From Candidatus Micrarchaeum sp. (GTDB taxonomy: Archaea; Micrarchaeota; Micrarchaeia; Micrarchaeales; Micrarchaeaceae): a stretch of 32,000 nt of DNA. Under the pieces are notes generated by a model. It searched no databases and had not been told where the DNA came from. It worked only from the letters and a program-made list of their open reading frames with translations. The stretch spans positions 510,001-542,000 of the forward strand of contig NZ_CP060530.1 in the NCBI RefSeq assembly GCF_016806735.1, given 5' to 3'. How positions within the stretch are numbered: the stretch's first letter is position 1; each line of letters opens with the position of its first letter. Positions 1 to 7,293 of this stretch are shown here, one piece after another. Position numbers and translations under genes: made by a program.

Positions 1-832
1 CGAGAAGTATTCCGTTGAGCGACCTGGTGCCTGCGGCCATGTTCAATACGCTGGTCTTTCCTGCAAGCCTCGATGCGTAATACGCTCCGAGGGCAGTAGC
101 CACATACGAAATTCCGAATACTATGCTTATTTCTATATTTGTTGCCTTGAATACCTGGTTGAACCACAGCGGCAGAAGGGGTATCGCTATCCCGACTCCG
201 GCTCCGCCAACGACATTAGCCGCTATAATTCTCATTATATACTTCATGCTTTCGTTCTTCATGATGCGCGTTGACTTTTTGGGCCTTGCGGGCTCGGTGA
301 GCAGCATCACGAAAACAAGCGAGCCGAGCATCATGAACGCAGCTACAAGGAAGAGGTACCTGTACGCATGGAGCGCTCCGGTGTAAACGCTTACCAGTCC
401 AACCATTCCAAACATCGCGCTTCCCACTATGGAGAATACTGCAGCAATGATATTTATGGAAGAAAACTTCTTGACGCGCTCCTTTTCCTCTCCGTATATG
501 CTAGCTATATAGGCGCTTGACCCTGGGGAAAAAGCTCCCCTCATGCCTCCGGAGCCAGTGCTTATTCCTGCAATTATCATCCCGAGCATTATCATGAGCA
601 CGCTTGAGCTTGCTGCTATAAGGAAAGCTCCGGCCATTGTGAAGAACTCCGATATGATGAGCTCATACCTGTAGCCCCTCCTGTCCCCAAGCATTCCAAG
701 CCCAAGCGTCAGGAACAGGGCAAAAAGCATAGTCAGGGCCGCCACTATTCCTATGTCTATTATGCTTACCTTAAGCGCATGCAGGTATAAAGAAAAAGAC
801 AGCGTCATGTATATGAGCGCGGCGCTCCTCAA
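1..832 (-). CDS. MFS transporter, partial (C-terminus lies beyond the window start)
   Basis: Absent from the ORF track because no stop codon falls inside the window. My hand translation of the reverse strand is stop-free from 892 down to 1 (...SRALRSAALIYMTLSFSLYLHALKVSIIDIGIVAALTMLFALFLTLGLGMLGDRRGYRYE...VLMIMLGMIIAGISTGSGG...PLLPLWFNQVFKATNIEISIVFGISYV...). GDRRG after the second hydrophobic span matches MFS motif A. The first canonical in-frame starts are TTG 832 and ATG 808, so the start is uncertain. Confidence 0.7.
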   Translation of the reverse strand, partial: MRSAALIYMTLSFSLYLHALKVSIIDIGIVAALTMLFALFLTLGLGMLGDRRGYRYELIISEFFTMAGAFLIAASSSVLMIMLGMIIAGISTGSGGMRGAFSPGSSAYIASIYGEEKERVKKFSSINIIAAVFSIVGSAMFGMVGLVSVYTGALHAYRYLFLVAAFMMLGSLVFVMLLTEPARPKKSTRIMKNESMKYIMRIIAANVVGGAGVGIAIPLLPLWFNQVFKATNIEISIVFGISYVATALGAYYASRLAGKTSVLNMAAGTRSLNGILL

Positions 833-974
833 TGCCCTCGAATAAAGCAGGAACCTGAAGCTCCTGGCCTTTAATTTTTCTATACTATCCGTTTAGGCAC
901 CCGTGCAAAATATAATGGACATTATACTATATTCCTTCAGCACTGCGATATTTAATCCTGTGCAAGCTGCCGCA

Positions 975-2465
975 CTATTTCTTGCTGATATGTTTCTTCT
1001 CTGTGGCATTATGGCTTTCATCAGAAAGTTTTCCGGATCTATCCTCTTTTCCGCGCACGAAGGAGAAAATCCCTGCTATTATTAGCATTGCCATAAGGGC
1101 CACGAATGCTACGTGCATCCCGGCTACGAAGCCCTTGCCTATGCCTCCTATGACTTTCGAGGTTCCAGCGAATATCTCGAAAGCCAGATACCTAGGGACT
1201 GCAGATGCCGCAGCAACGAATGCGATTATGAAGCTGCCTATTAAGCCCAAGCTGCTGAAAAGCCTCAGCGTGCCTGATGCTGCGCCTCTGAGCTCTCCAG
1301 TCACGTTGGCCATGACTGCGCTGTTGTTTGAGGGCCAGAACATCGCGCCCCCAAATCCGGTTATTATGGTTCCTACGACCACGTAATATATTGGGGTCGA
1401 AACGCCAAGGAACGAAAGATAAAACAAAACTCCGCCAACCATAAATAAGATTCCAATTGTAGCAATAAGCCTAGCCCCGAATTTGTCCGAGTATTTTCCC
1501 ATATAGGGAGCAAGCACTCCGCTTACCACGTAACCCGGGAACAGGACAAGCGACGCGTCAAGCGGCGAATAGCCGCGCACTCCCTGAAGATACATTATGA
1601 GAAGGAACGTTACGCCCATGAATCCGAGCCCCTGGAAAAGCGACGCCATCAGCGAATTCCTGAATATCTTGTTCTTGAACATTGTGAAGTTTATCGTTGG
1701 CATCTTCACTTTCTTATCTATGATTACGAAGATTATTGCCGCAATGACTCCAAGGATGAAAAGCGCGACATTGAGCGAGCTTACGCCTATGGAAGCGTAG
1801 TTTATGCCTGCATAAGCTATTAGCGCTATTGCGACTGCCAGTGCCGCCATTCCGGGTATGTCGAGTTTGTCGCTGCTTTTGTTGCTGTCCTTTACATAGC
1901 GAAGGCCCAATATTACTGCCACAATGCCTATTGGCACGTTTATGAAGAATATGTACCTGTAGCCTATGTACGTCGTTATTATCCCGCCAAGCAGTATGCC
2001 GAGAAGCGCCCCTATGTTCCAGCTCATGCCCGTGAAGCCATATGCCCTTCCTATCCTGTGCCTTTCGAAAGTGTCAGCTATTATGGCGCTGCTGTTTGAA
2101 GCAATAAGGGCTCCGCCTATTGCCTGTATGGCCCTGAATGCAATAAGGCTTATGTCTGTCGGGGCAATGCCGCAGAGAAATGAAGCAATGGTAAATACGA
2201 TGAAGCCGAGGTTGAACATCTTGCTTCTGCCGTATATGTCGCCTATCCTGCCGAACTGCGTTGAGAAGACTGCAACGACTATCATGTAGATTAATATGAC
2301 CCATATTATGGTGGCTATCGTGGAGTGCAGCGCCTGTGTCATAGCCGGGAAAGCGAGCAGCACTATGGTGGAGTCAATGGAAGCCATGAGCGTTCCTATT
2401 ACTATTACCGCCAATATCGTGTTCTCTTTCGAAATCTCCATGTGCACACTTGTCAAGCGAATCAA
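975..2465 (-). CDS. MFS transporter, DHA2-like (14-span drug/H+ antiporter type)
   Basis: 496-aa ORF made almost entirely of hydrophobic spans (about 14). It has a motif-A-like FGRIGDIYGRSKMF after the second span. Size and layout are typical of EmrB/QacA-type MFS exporters. Confidence 0.85.
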   Translation of the reverse strand: MIRLTSVHMEISKENTILAVIVIGTLMASIDSTIVLLAFPAMTQALHSTIATIIWVILIYMIVVAVFSTQFGRIGDIYGRSKMFNLGFIVFTIASFLCGIAPTDISLIAFRAIQAIGGALIASNSSAIIADTFERHRIGRAYGFTGMSWNIGALLGILLGGIITTYIGYRYIFFINVPIGIVAVILGLRYVKDSNKSSDKLDIPGMAALAVAIALIAYAGINYASIGVSSLNVALFILGVIAAIIFVIIDKKVKMPTINFTMFKNKIFRNSLMASLFQGLGFMGVTFLLIMYLQGVRGYSPLDASLVLFPGYVVSGVLAPYMGKYSDKFGARLIATIGILFMVGGVLFYLSFLGVSTPIYYVVVGTIITGFGGAMFWPSNNSAVMANVTGELRGAASGTLRLFSSLGLIGSFIIAFVAAASAVPRYLAFEIFAGTSKVIGGIGKGFVAGMHVAFVALMAMLIIAGIFSFVRGKEDRSGKLSDESHNATEKKHISKK

Positions 2466-2530
2466 ATTTCAGAATTCGGATCCAATCTTGCGTCAGCAGT
2501 TCTGCAATCTGGCGTTTTGATTATATAAAA

Positions 2531-3793
2531 TTATATTTTTAGCTTTTTCTTGCTGCCCTTTCCATTTTGCTTCCTGTTTTTCCTTCCTTTCCTGTAAAGC
2601 AGAGGGAGCATGAATATCGAAATAAACATGAATATCGATATGTACCACATTGCATTTGTAACGCTTGTATAATTAAGGAGCAGGGTCATAACGCCTACGC
2701 CTGCAGCGCCGCCGAATATCTGGCCTATGCCCCACGTGAAAGCGTTGGAACTGTTGGCTATCTTGTCCGGAACCAGCTGGTTGACATATCCCAGTATCAC
2801 TGCAAAGCCGTTGAAAGTCACAAAAATAAAAATTGAAAGCATAGCCAATGCGAAATAGACGTTGTTGCCGGCAAGCAAGAAAAGCACGAAGCTTATTGCC
2901 GACACGAAGGCTGTTGTAGTTATGGTGTAGCGCCCGCCCTTTTTGGCGGTCACATATCCGAAGAATATCTGCCCGAATATGGCAAATACGAAGCTTACGC
3001 TTAGTATGGTGCCTACCAATACTTCGGAATGCATCACTACCTTTAGGTATTCAGGGATAAACGTGTACGTGCCTGTCATGAACATGGACCTTACAAAAAT
3101 TACAGCGACAAGCGGAAGCAGGACATCGGCATAACCGGATTTGAATATGCTGACCTTTGCCGTTGCTGTTTTCCTGTTGCGCTTCAAGCCATGCAAGCCC
3201 CAAAATCCTGCCCTTATGCTCTTATTGAAAGACATAAGCCCTACGTATACAATTCCCGAAGCTATCAGAAGTTCTATGCCGACAAGCCCGAGTGCGAAGG
3301 ACGTGCCAAGGGCAGTTATCAGGAAAACCAGTATTATGGGCATCACGGACCTTCCGAAGCTTCCTGCGCTTCCGTTTATACCCATCATCGACGCAGCTTT
3401 TTTGCCGTAGATGCCTTTCAGTATCGATGCGCCTATGGGGTGATAGAACGCAGTTCCAGCGCCTAAAAGCAGTACTCCTGCTATTATCAATGGCATGCGC
3501 AGAGCCGCAATGGCGAATGAACCTGCAAACGCAAGCATCGAGATTCCAAGTATCGCTATGCCTACTGCAACCATAAAGCCCTCGTTTTTGCTCCTGTCTG
3601 CGATCATGCCTATTGGGGTGCTTACTGCTCCGTATATTAGCTGGTACACTATTGCGAGCGTGCCAAGAAGCACGAGGTTCAGTCCAGGTATTAGCGTGTA
3701 GTATGTTATGAGCAGCGGATAAACTAGGAATACGCTGTCATTGGAAAAATGTGCAAACGTAGTGACTATCAACGACTTGAGCTTTTTGTCCAA
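2531..3793 (-). CDS. MFS transporter (12-span type)
   Basis: 420-aa ORF with about 12 hydrophobic spans, a motif-A-like IGMIADRSKNEG and a Lys-rich C-terminal tail. It is the third consecutive same-strand MFS gene. Confidence 0.8.
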   Translation of the reverse strand: MDKKLKSLIVTTFAHFSNDSVFLVYPLLITYYTLIPGLNLVLLGTLAIVYQLIYGAVSTPIGMIADRSKNEGFMVAVGIAILGISMLAFAGSFAIAALRMPLIIAGVLLLGAGTAFYHPIGASILKGIYGKKAASMMGINGSAGSFGRSVMPIILVFLITALGTSFALGLVGIELLIASGIVYVGLMSFNKSIRAGFWGLHGLKRNRKTATAKVSIFKSGYADVLLPLVAVIFVRSMFMTGTYTFIPEYLKVVMHSEVLVGTILSVSFVFAIFGQIFFGYVTAKKGGRYTITTTAFVSAISFVLFLLAGNNVYFALAMLSIFIFVTFNGFAVILGYVNQLVPDKIANSSNAFTWGIGQIFGGAAGVGVMTLLLNYTSVTNAMWYISIFMFISIFMLPLLYRKGRKNRKQNGKGSKKKLKI

Positions 3794-3878
3794 TCTACCG
3801 CCTTGGAAACGTGCAACAGTTAAGGTATTTTAGTGGAATGTAATAAATATCATTCCCAAATCCGCATGAAGCAAGCCA

Positions 3879-3895
3879 CACGCAAGCGTTGCGTG
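3879..3895. promoter_or_regulatory. Inverted repeat cacgcaa-gcg-ttgcgtg in the divergent MFS/HAD promoter region
   Basis: A 7-bp perfect stem with a 3-nt loop is read directly from the sequence. It ends 7 nt upstream of the TATA-like box at 3902-3909. Confidence 0.3.
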
Positions 3896-3901
3896 GAAAG
3901 C

Positions 3902-3909
3902 TTAAATAA
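3902..3909 (+). promoter_or_regulatory. TATA-like box about 30 nt upstream of ATG 3937
   Basis: The sequence reads cTTAAATAAg, at a spacing compatible with a near-leaderless transcript of the HAD gene. Confidence 0.4.
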
Positions 3910-3936
3910 GTGCGATGGCGTTTATAAGCGGTTTTA

Positions 3937-4617
3937 ATGTCTCTTTACGTTGCAGTTTTTGATGCCAATGGGGTACTGATCGATACGAAAAGGATGCTTG
4001 AGCGCTTCCAGAAAGGCATAGAGGCGCTATTCAAGAGCGAAAAAATACCCGTAAAAACGCAGGCCCTAAGAAAAGAGTGGAAGTCCATAGCTGCTAATAT
4101 TGATTTTTCCAACGGCTCGCTCCAATCTGCAAGGGAGGAGCTTTTCCAGAGGCTCGACATACCGATGCGGCTGCTAACCAAATATTCTGCGATAGACAGG
4201 GATTCTCTGGCGTATTGCGATCCATCGGAGCCAGGCCTGAAGGACAATATCCAAAAGATAAAGAGGCTTGGTTTCTACACTGCAGTGCTGAGCGATACTG
4301 TGCATGCAAAATCCGAGCTTGAGCTTATGCTGAGCTCGGCAGGCATAGGCGGCCTCTTCGACGAGGTTGCAGTGCCTGCAGACACTGGCTATGCAAAGCC
4401 AAGCAGGGAGGCATACCTGGCCGCTCTCGAGCCTTTCAAGGCTGATCCGGAAAGCGCAATATTCGTGGGCCACGATGCTGAAGAGATAAGAGGCGCAAAG
4501 CTTACAGGCATGCTCACGTTTTCATATAAGGAAAAGATAAGGGAAGCAGATTATTCGATAAAGGATTTCAACGAGCTTTTCATATCGCTCAGGAAGATGA
4601 AAAAGCAGGGGCTCTAA
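3937..4617 (+). CDS. HAD-superfamily hydrolase (subfamily IA-like)
   Basis: HAD motifs occur in order: I VAVFDANGVLID (D-x-N instead of D-x-D), II VLSDT, III YAKPS, IV FVGHDAEEIRGA. A TATA-like box lies at 3902-3909, about 30 nt upstream of the ATG. Confidence 0.75.
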   Translation: MSLYVAVFDANGVLIDTKRMLERFQKGIEALFKSEKIPVKTQALRKEWKSIAANIDFSNGSLQSAREELFQRLDIPMRLLTKYSAIDRDSLAYCDPSEPGLKDNIQKIKRLGFYTAVLSDTVHAKSELELMLSSAGIGGLFDEVAVPADTGYAKPSREAYLAALEPFKADPESAIFVGHDAEEIRGAKLTGMLTFSYKEKIREADYSIKDFNELFISLRKMKKQGL

Positions 4618-4741
4618 ATAGACTGGTTATTAAATTTTGCATGATATTAAGTCCTGTAAATAAGTGCCCGCATGGCATCTCAAGTCCAAATTCCAATATG
4701 GCCGGCTCGGGCAGAAAAGAAAATGAAACATAACGTTCAAG

Positions 4742-5887
4742 ATGATAAAAATGGCCGCACAACTATATTCTTACAAAAGCACGCAGGGCATGCACGGAAA
4801 CTCAGCATTGGCGATACTGATAGGCATAATATTGTCAGTCATATTCTTCGCCATAGGCTACTACTACTCTTCCAGCCTTGCAGTAGGCACGGCGCTATTT
4901 GTGGTTGTGCTGCTGATATACCTGCTAATAAGCGTCAAGGTGCTGCAGGAGTGGAAGCGCGCGCCAATACTTACGCTTGGAAAGTACAAGGGCACATACG
5001 GCCCTGGGCTTTTCTTCATAATACCGCTCATACAGAGCATGCCATACAAGTTTGACCTAAGGACTTTCTCTACCGTTTTCTCTGCCGAAAAGACGCTCAC
5101 GCAGGACAACGTTGGCGTGGACGTTGAGGCAATAATGTTCACAAGGATAGAAAACCCTGAGAACACCGCACTGCAGGTCAACGATGTTGACCAATCCGTT
5201 TCGCTTGCTGCGCAGACCGCCCTAAGGGATGTCATAGGCAAGGTCAACCTCAGCCAGATGATAGTCGGAAGGAACGAGATAGCTTCAAGCGTCAAGACAT
5301 TGATAGACCAAAGAGTCACCCCATGGGGAGTAAACGTAATATCTGTAGAAATAAGGGATGTCAAAATACCTGATGACTTGCAGGACGCGATGGCCAAGGT
5401 TGCCATAGCATCCAGGGAGCGCGACGCCAGAGTAATACTGGCAGAATCGGAAAAGCTCGCAGCAACCAACATGGTAGCTGCAGCGAAGACGTACAATTCC
5501 AATGTATACGCAATGCAGCTTAGGGCCCTGAACATGCTTTATGAAATAGGCATAAGCGGAAGGAACCACCTGATCTTCATACCTACGGAATCCAGGGGCT
5601 TGGGCATACCCACTCCGATAGGCGTGCTCGGCATAGACAAGCTCGTCGGGATGGGAGATACTGGCAATATCGACGGGCAGAAAAAGGATGGAAATTCGGT
5701 CGATGCCGGCACCGCCGCACAGAAGCCATCGCCCCCACAGCCGCAGCAGGCATCAGCACAGCAGAAAAATCAGCAGAGCGCACAGCAGTCAAAGCAGAAG
5801 AAAAAACAGCAGGACACCCAAACAGGCAACAATGCAGGCAATCCGGAGATCCCTGATGAAACGCAGGGAGATCCCTTCAATGCGTGA
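4742..5887 (+). CDS. SPFH/band-7 (stomatin/prohibitin-like) membrane protein with Gln/Lys-rich C-terminal tail
   Basis: N-terminal hydrophobic spans are followed by the SPFH core (VLQEWKRAPILTLGKYKGTYGPGLFFIIPLIQS..., VISVEIRDVKIPDDLQDAMAK, RDARVILAESEK). The last ~70 residues are low complexity (AQKPSPPQPQQASAQQKNQQSAQQSKQKKKQQ). Confidence 0.85.
   Translation: MIKMAAQLYSYKSTQGMHGNSALAILIGIILSVIFFAIGYYYSSSLAVGTALFVVVLLIYLLISVKVLQEWKRAPILTLGKYKGTYGPGLFFIIPLIQSMPYKFDLRTFSTVFSAEKTLTQDNVGVDVEAIMFTRIENPENTALQVNDVDQSVSLAAQTALRDVIGKVNLSQMIVGRNEIASSVKTLIDQRVTPWGVNVISVEIRDVKIPDDLQDAMAKVAIASRERDARVILAESEKLAATNMVAAAKTYNSNVYAMQLRALNMLYEIGISGRNHLIFIPTESRGLGIPTPIGVLGIDKLVGMGDTGNIDGQKKDGNSVDAGTAAQKPSPPQPQQASAQQKNQQSAQQSKQKKKQQDTQTGNNAGNPEIPDETQGDPFNA
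5719..5815 (+). repeat. Imperfect CAG/CAA/AAG-rich low-complexity tract inside the SPFH gene (encodes the Q/K-rich tail)
   Basis: Runs such as cagccgcagcaggcatcagcacagcagaaaaatcagcagagcgcacagcagtcaaagcagaag are directly visible. There is no fixed repeat unit. Confidence 0.6.
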
Positions 5888-5890
5888 GCA

Positions 5891-6034
5891 TTACCATATG
5901 AAGCCCTTGTCTGAGCAGTCCATCTCAGCGCCGCAGTTAGGGCACTTGAGGTGGCACGCCTGCATCTTGAACATCACATTCCCACAGACCAGGCATATGT
6001 AAGTCTGTTCGTCGTTCTGGTTTTTTACCTGCAT
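5891..6034 (-). CDS. Small zinc-ribbon protein (47 aa), not in the ORF track
   Basis: Hand translation of the reverse strand gives MQVKNQNDEQTYICLVCGNVMFKMQACHLKCPNCGAEMDCSDKGFIW*. It has two CxxC knuckles (C14/C17 and C31/C34) plus C27 and C40. A TATA-like ttaataaaat (6053-6062) lies about 20-28 nt upstream of the ATG on that strand. The region is otherwise unassigned. Confidence 0.5.
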   Translation of the reverse strand: MQVKNQNDEQTYICLVCGNVMFKMQACHLKCPNCGAEMDCSDKGFIW

Positions 6035-6052
6035 ATAAGCACGATCCAGAAA

Positions 6053-6062
6053 TTAATAAAAT
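6053..6062 (-). promoter_or_regulatory. TATA-like box upstream of the zinc-ribbon ORF
   Basis: An A/T-only decamer sits about 20-28 nt upstream of ATG 6034 on the minus strand, which is archaeal leaderless-promoter geometry. Confidence 0.35.
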
Positions 6063-6143
6063 ACTAAAATAGATAAATAGGCTGGCTTGCTTCTTGTAAT
6101 TAAATAAATAATGCAAAGCATCAAGCTTCAAAATTTCCAAATA

Positions 6144-6147
6144 GGTG
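6144..6147 (+). promoter_or_regulatory. Shine-Dalgarno-like GGTG, 6 nt upstream of ATG 6154
   Basis: The sequence reads ataGGTGcaagtgATGgaa. The same GGTG-N5/6-start arrangement recurs at 7284, 9883, 17431, 22807 and 31212. Confidence 0.4.
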
Positions 6148-6153
6148 CAAGTG

Positions 6154-6723
6154 ATGGAAAACAATGAAAAAATAAAGATATTGGCGTTCGCAGGCAGCCT
6201 GCGCAAAGATTCTTACAACAAGGCTCTCATAAAAGCCGCAAAAGAGCTAGCCCCGGAAAACGCAGAGGTCGAAATATTCGATCTCGAGGGCATACCGCTG
6301 TATAATCAGGACAAGGAGTCTGAGATGCCGGAACACGTCAAGCTATTCAAAAGGAAGATAAAGGAGGCCGACGCAGTGCTAATAGCAACTCCAGAATATA
6401 ACAGGTCGATTCCTGGGGTGCTGAAGAATGCGATAGACTGGGCATCAAGGCCGTACGGGGACAACTCTTTTGACGACAAGCCGGTTGCCGCATTCGGTGC
6501 TACTGGCGGCTCGCTTGTCGGGACATCAGCCGCACAGATACACTTAAGGCAAATTTTCTCATTTCTAAATGTGCATCCGCTCGAAAGGCCGCTTCTCTTT
6601 ATTGGCGGCGCATCAGAAAAAATAGAAAACGGCGATGTTGTAGATGAAGAGCTTCGTGACCTGATAAAGAGCATGATGCAGGCCCTGGTTTCGTGGACTT
6701 TAAGGATAAGGGTAAAATCCTGA
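6154..6723 (+). CDS. NAD(P)H-dependent FMN reductase (flavodoxin-like, ChrR/YieF/SsuE-type)
   Basis: KILAFAGSLRKDSYNKALIKAA and LIATPEYNRSIPGVLKNAIDWASRP are family signatures. The track starts the ORF at GTG 6145, which lies inside the GGTG box, so ATG 6154 is preferred. Confidence 0.85.
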   Translation: MENNEKIKILAFAGSLRKDSYNKALIKAAKELAPENAEVEIFDLEGIPLYNQDKESEMPEHVKLFKRKIKEADAVLIATPEYNRSIPGVLKNAIDWASRPYGDNSFDDKPVAAFGATGGSLVGTSAAQIHLRQIFSFLNVHPLERPLLFIGGASEKIENGDVVDEELRDLIKSMMQALVSWTLRIRVKS

Positions 6724-6760
6724 AGGCAAATACTGCGACTTAGGGGCAGGCTTTCCGCCT

Positions 6761-7129
6761 TCAAGCCTTGTATGCAAAGGGCCTTCCCTTATTTTGGGCC
6801 CTGACACTTTCTATTTCTTTTTGCTTTTCCATTCTTGCATAAAACGAACTCCTTTTATGTTTCATCCTGAAAGTGCCCATATCAAAATTCAATATTATCC
6901 TTTTGTAATGCTTCATTGCTATCAGAGTCAGGAAAAGAACAGCAGCGATAAATATCTCTGCAGTTATGGCGTAGTTGCTCACCTCTATTATGAATTTCGC
7001 GTAGCCGACCCTGTGCAAAAGCAGGAATGAGCCAACAGCAACCATGAAGTCCAGCGCAACCGAGCCGTAGGCTAGTTTTTCCAGATAGTTTTCTATCTTC
7101 TTGAAACGTTCAACTTCGCTGTAGTACAT
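6761..7129 (-). CDS. Hypothetical small membrane protein (2 hydrophobic spans)
   Basis: 122-aa ORF with spans SVALDFMVAVGSFLLL and ITAEIFIAAVLFLTLIAM and a basic C-terminus. No family recognised. Confidence 0.5.
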   Translation of the reverse strand: MYYSEVERFKKIENYLEKLAYGSVALDFMVAVGSFLLLHRVGYAKFIIEVSNYAITAEIFIAAVLFLTLIAMKHYKRIILNFDMGTFRMKHKRSSFYARMEKQKEIESVRAQNKGRPFAYKA

Positions 7130-7283
7130 GCTGGTGCCTATTCTAATGCTAAGCTTATGCTTAAAAACAAACTGTGCAATCCACGTTTAGCGGAACTGCA
7201 TGGCAAATGGGGCCATCGGAGCAGTTTAACGGGACAGGCAAGCAATAAATATATGAAAAAAGAATAAATTACTATAAAATTGC

Positions 7284-7287
7284 GGTG
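7284..7287 (+). promoter_or_regulatory. Shine-Dalgarno-like GGTG, 6 nt upstream of ATG 7294
   Basis: The sequence reads gcGGTGcctagaATGgaa, preceded by the TATA-like actataaaat (7271-7280). Confidence 0.35.
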
Positions 7288-7293
7288 CCTAGA

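Noticed and set aside
123-386. 87-aa plus-strand ORF at the left edge.
   Set aside because: The reverse strand here is an uninterrupted MFS transporter reading frame with clear MFS features, so the plus-strand ORF is a shadow.
4672-5055. 127-aa ORF overlapping the stomatin start, considered as a possible NfeD-like partner.
   Set aside because: It has no hydrophobic spans and no ClpP/OB features. It is out of frame with, and mostly inside, the stomatin gene, and its R/H-rich composition is typical of off-frame translation.
4864-5535. 223-aa ORF antisense to the stomatin gene. Similar long antisense ORFs lie at 982-1386, 9867-10328, 13540-13980, 15132-15836 and 20606-20974.
   Set aside because: Each lies entirely inside a gene with strong family motifs on the opposite strand. 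Their translations are low-complexity (S/L/A/C-rich) with no motifs. They are typical shadow ORFs produced by the codon bias of the real gene.
5719-5815. The CAG-rich tract, considered as a tandem DNA repeat or microsatellite.
   Set aside because: There is no fixed repeat unit or periodicity beyond codon-level CAG/CAA/AAG enrichment. It stays in frame with the stomatin ORF, so it is better described as coding low complexity.
5937-6206. 89-aa minus-strand ORF listed in the track.
   Set aside because: It overlaps the start of the well-supported FMN-reductase gene and has no motifs. The same region is better explained in another frame by the 47-aa zinc-ribbon ORF (5891-6034), which has a promoter-like box.
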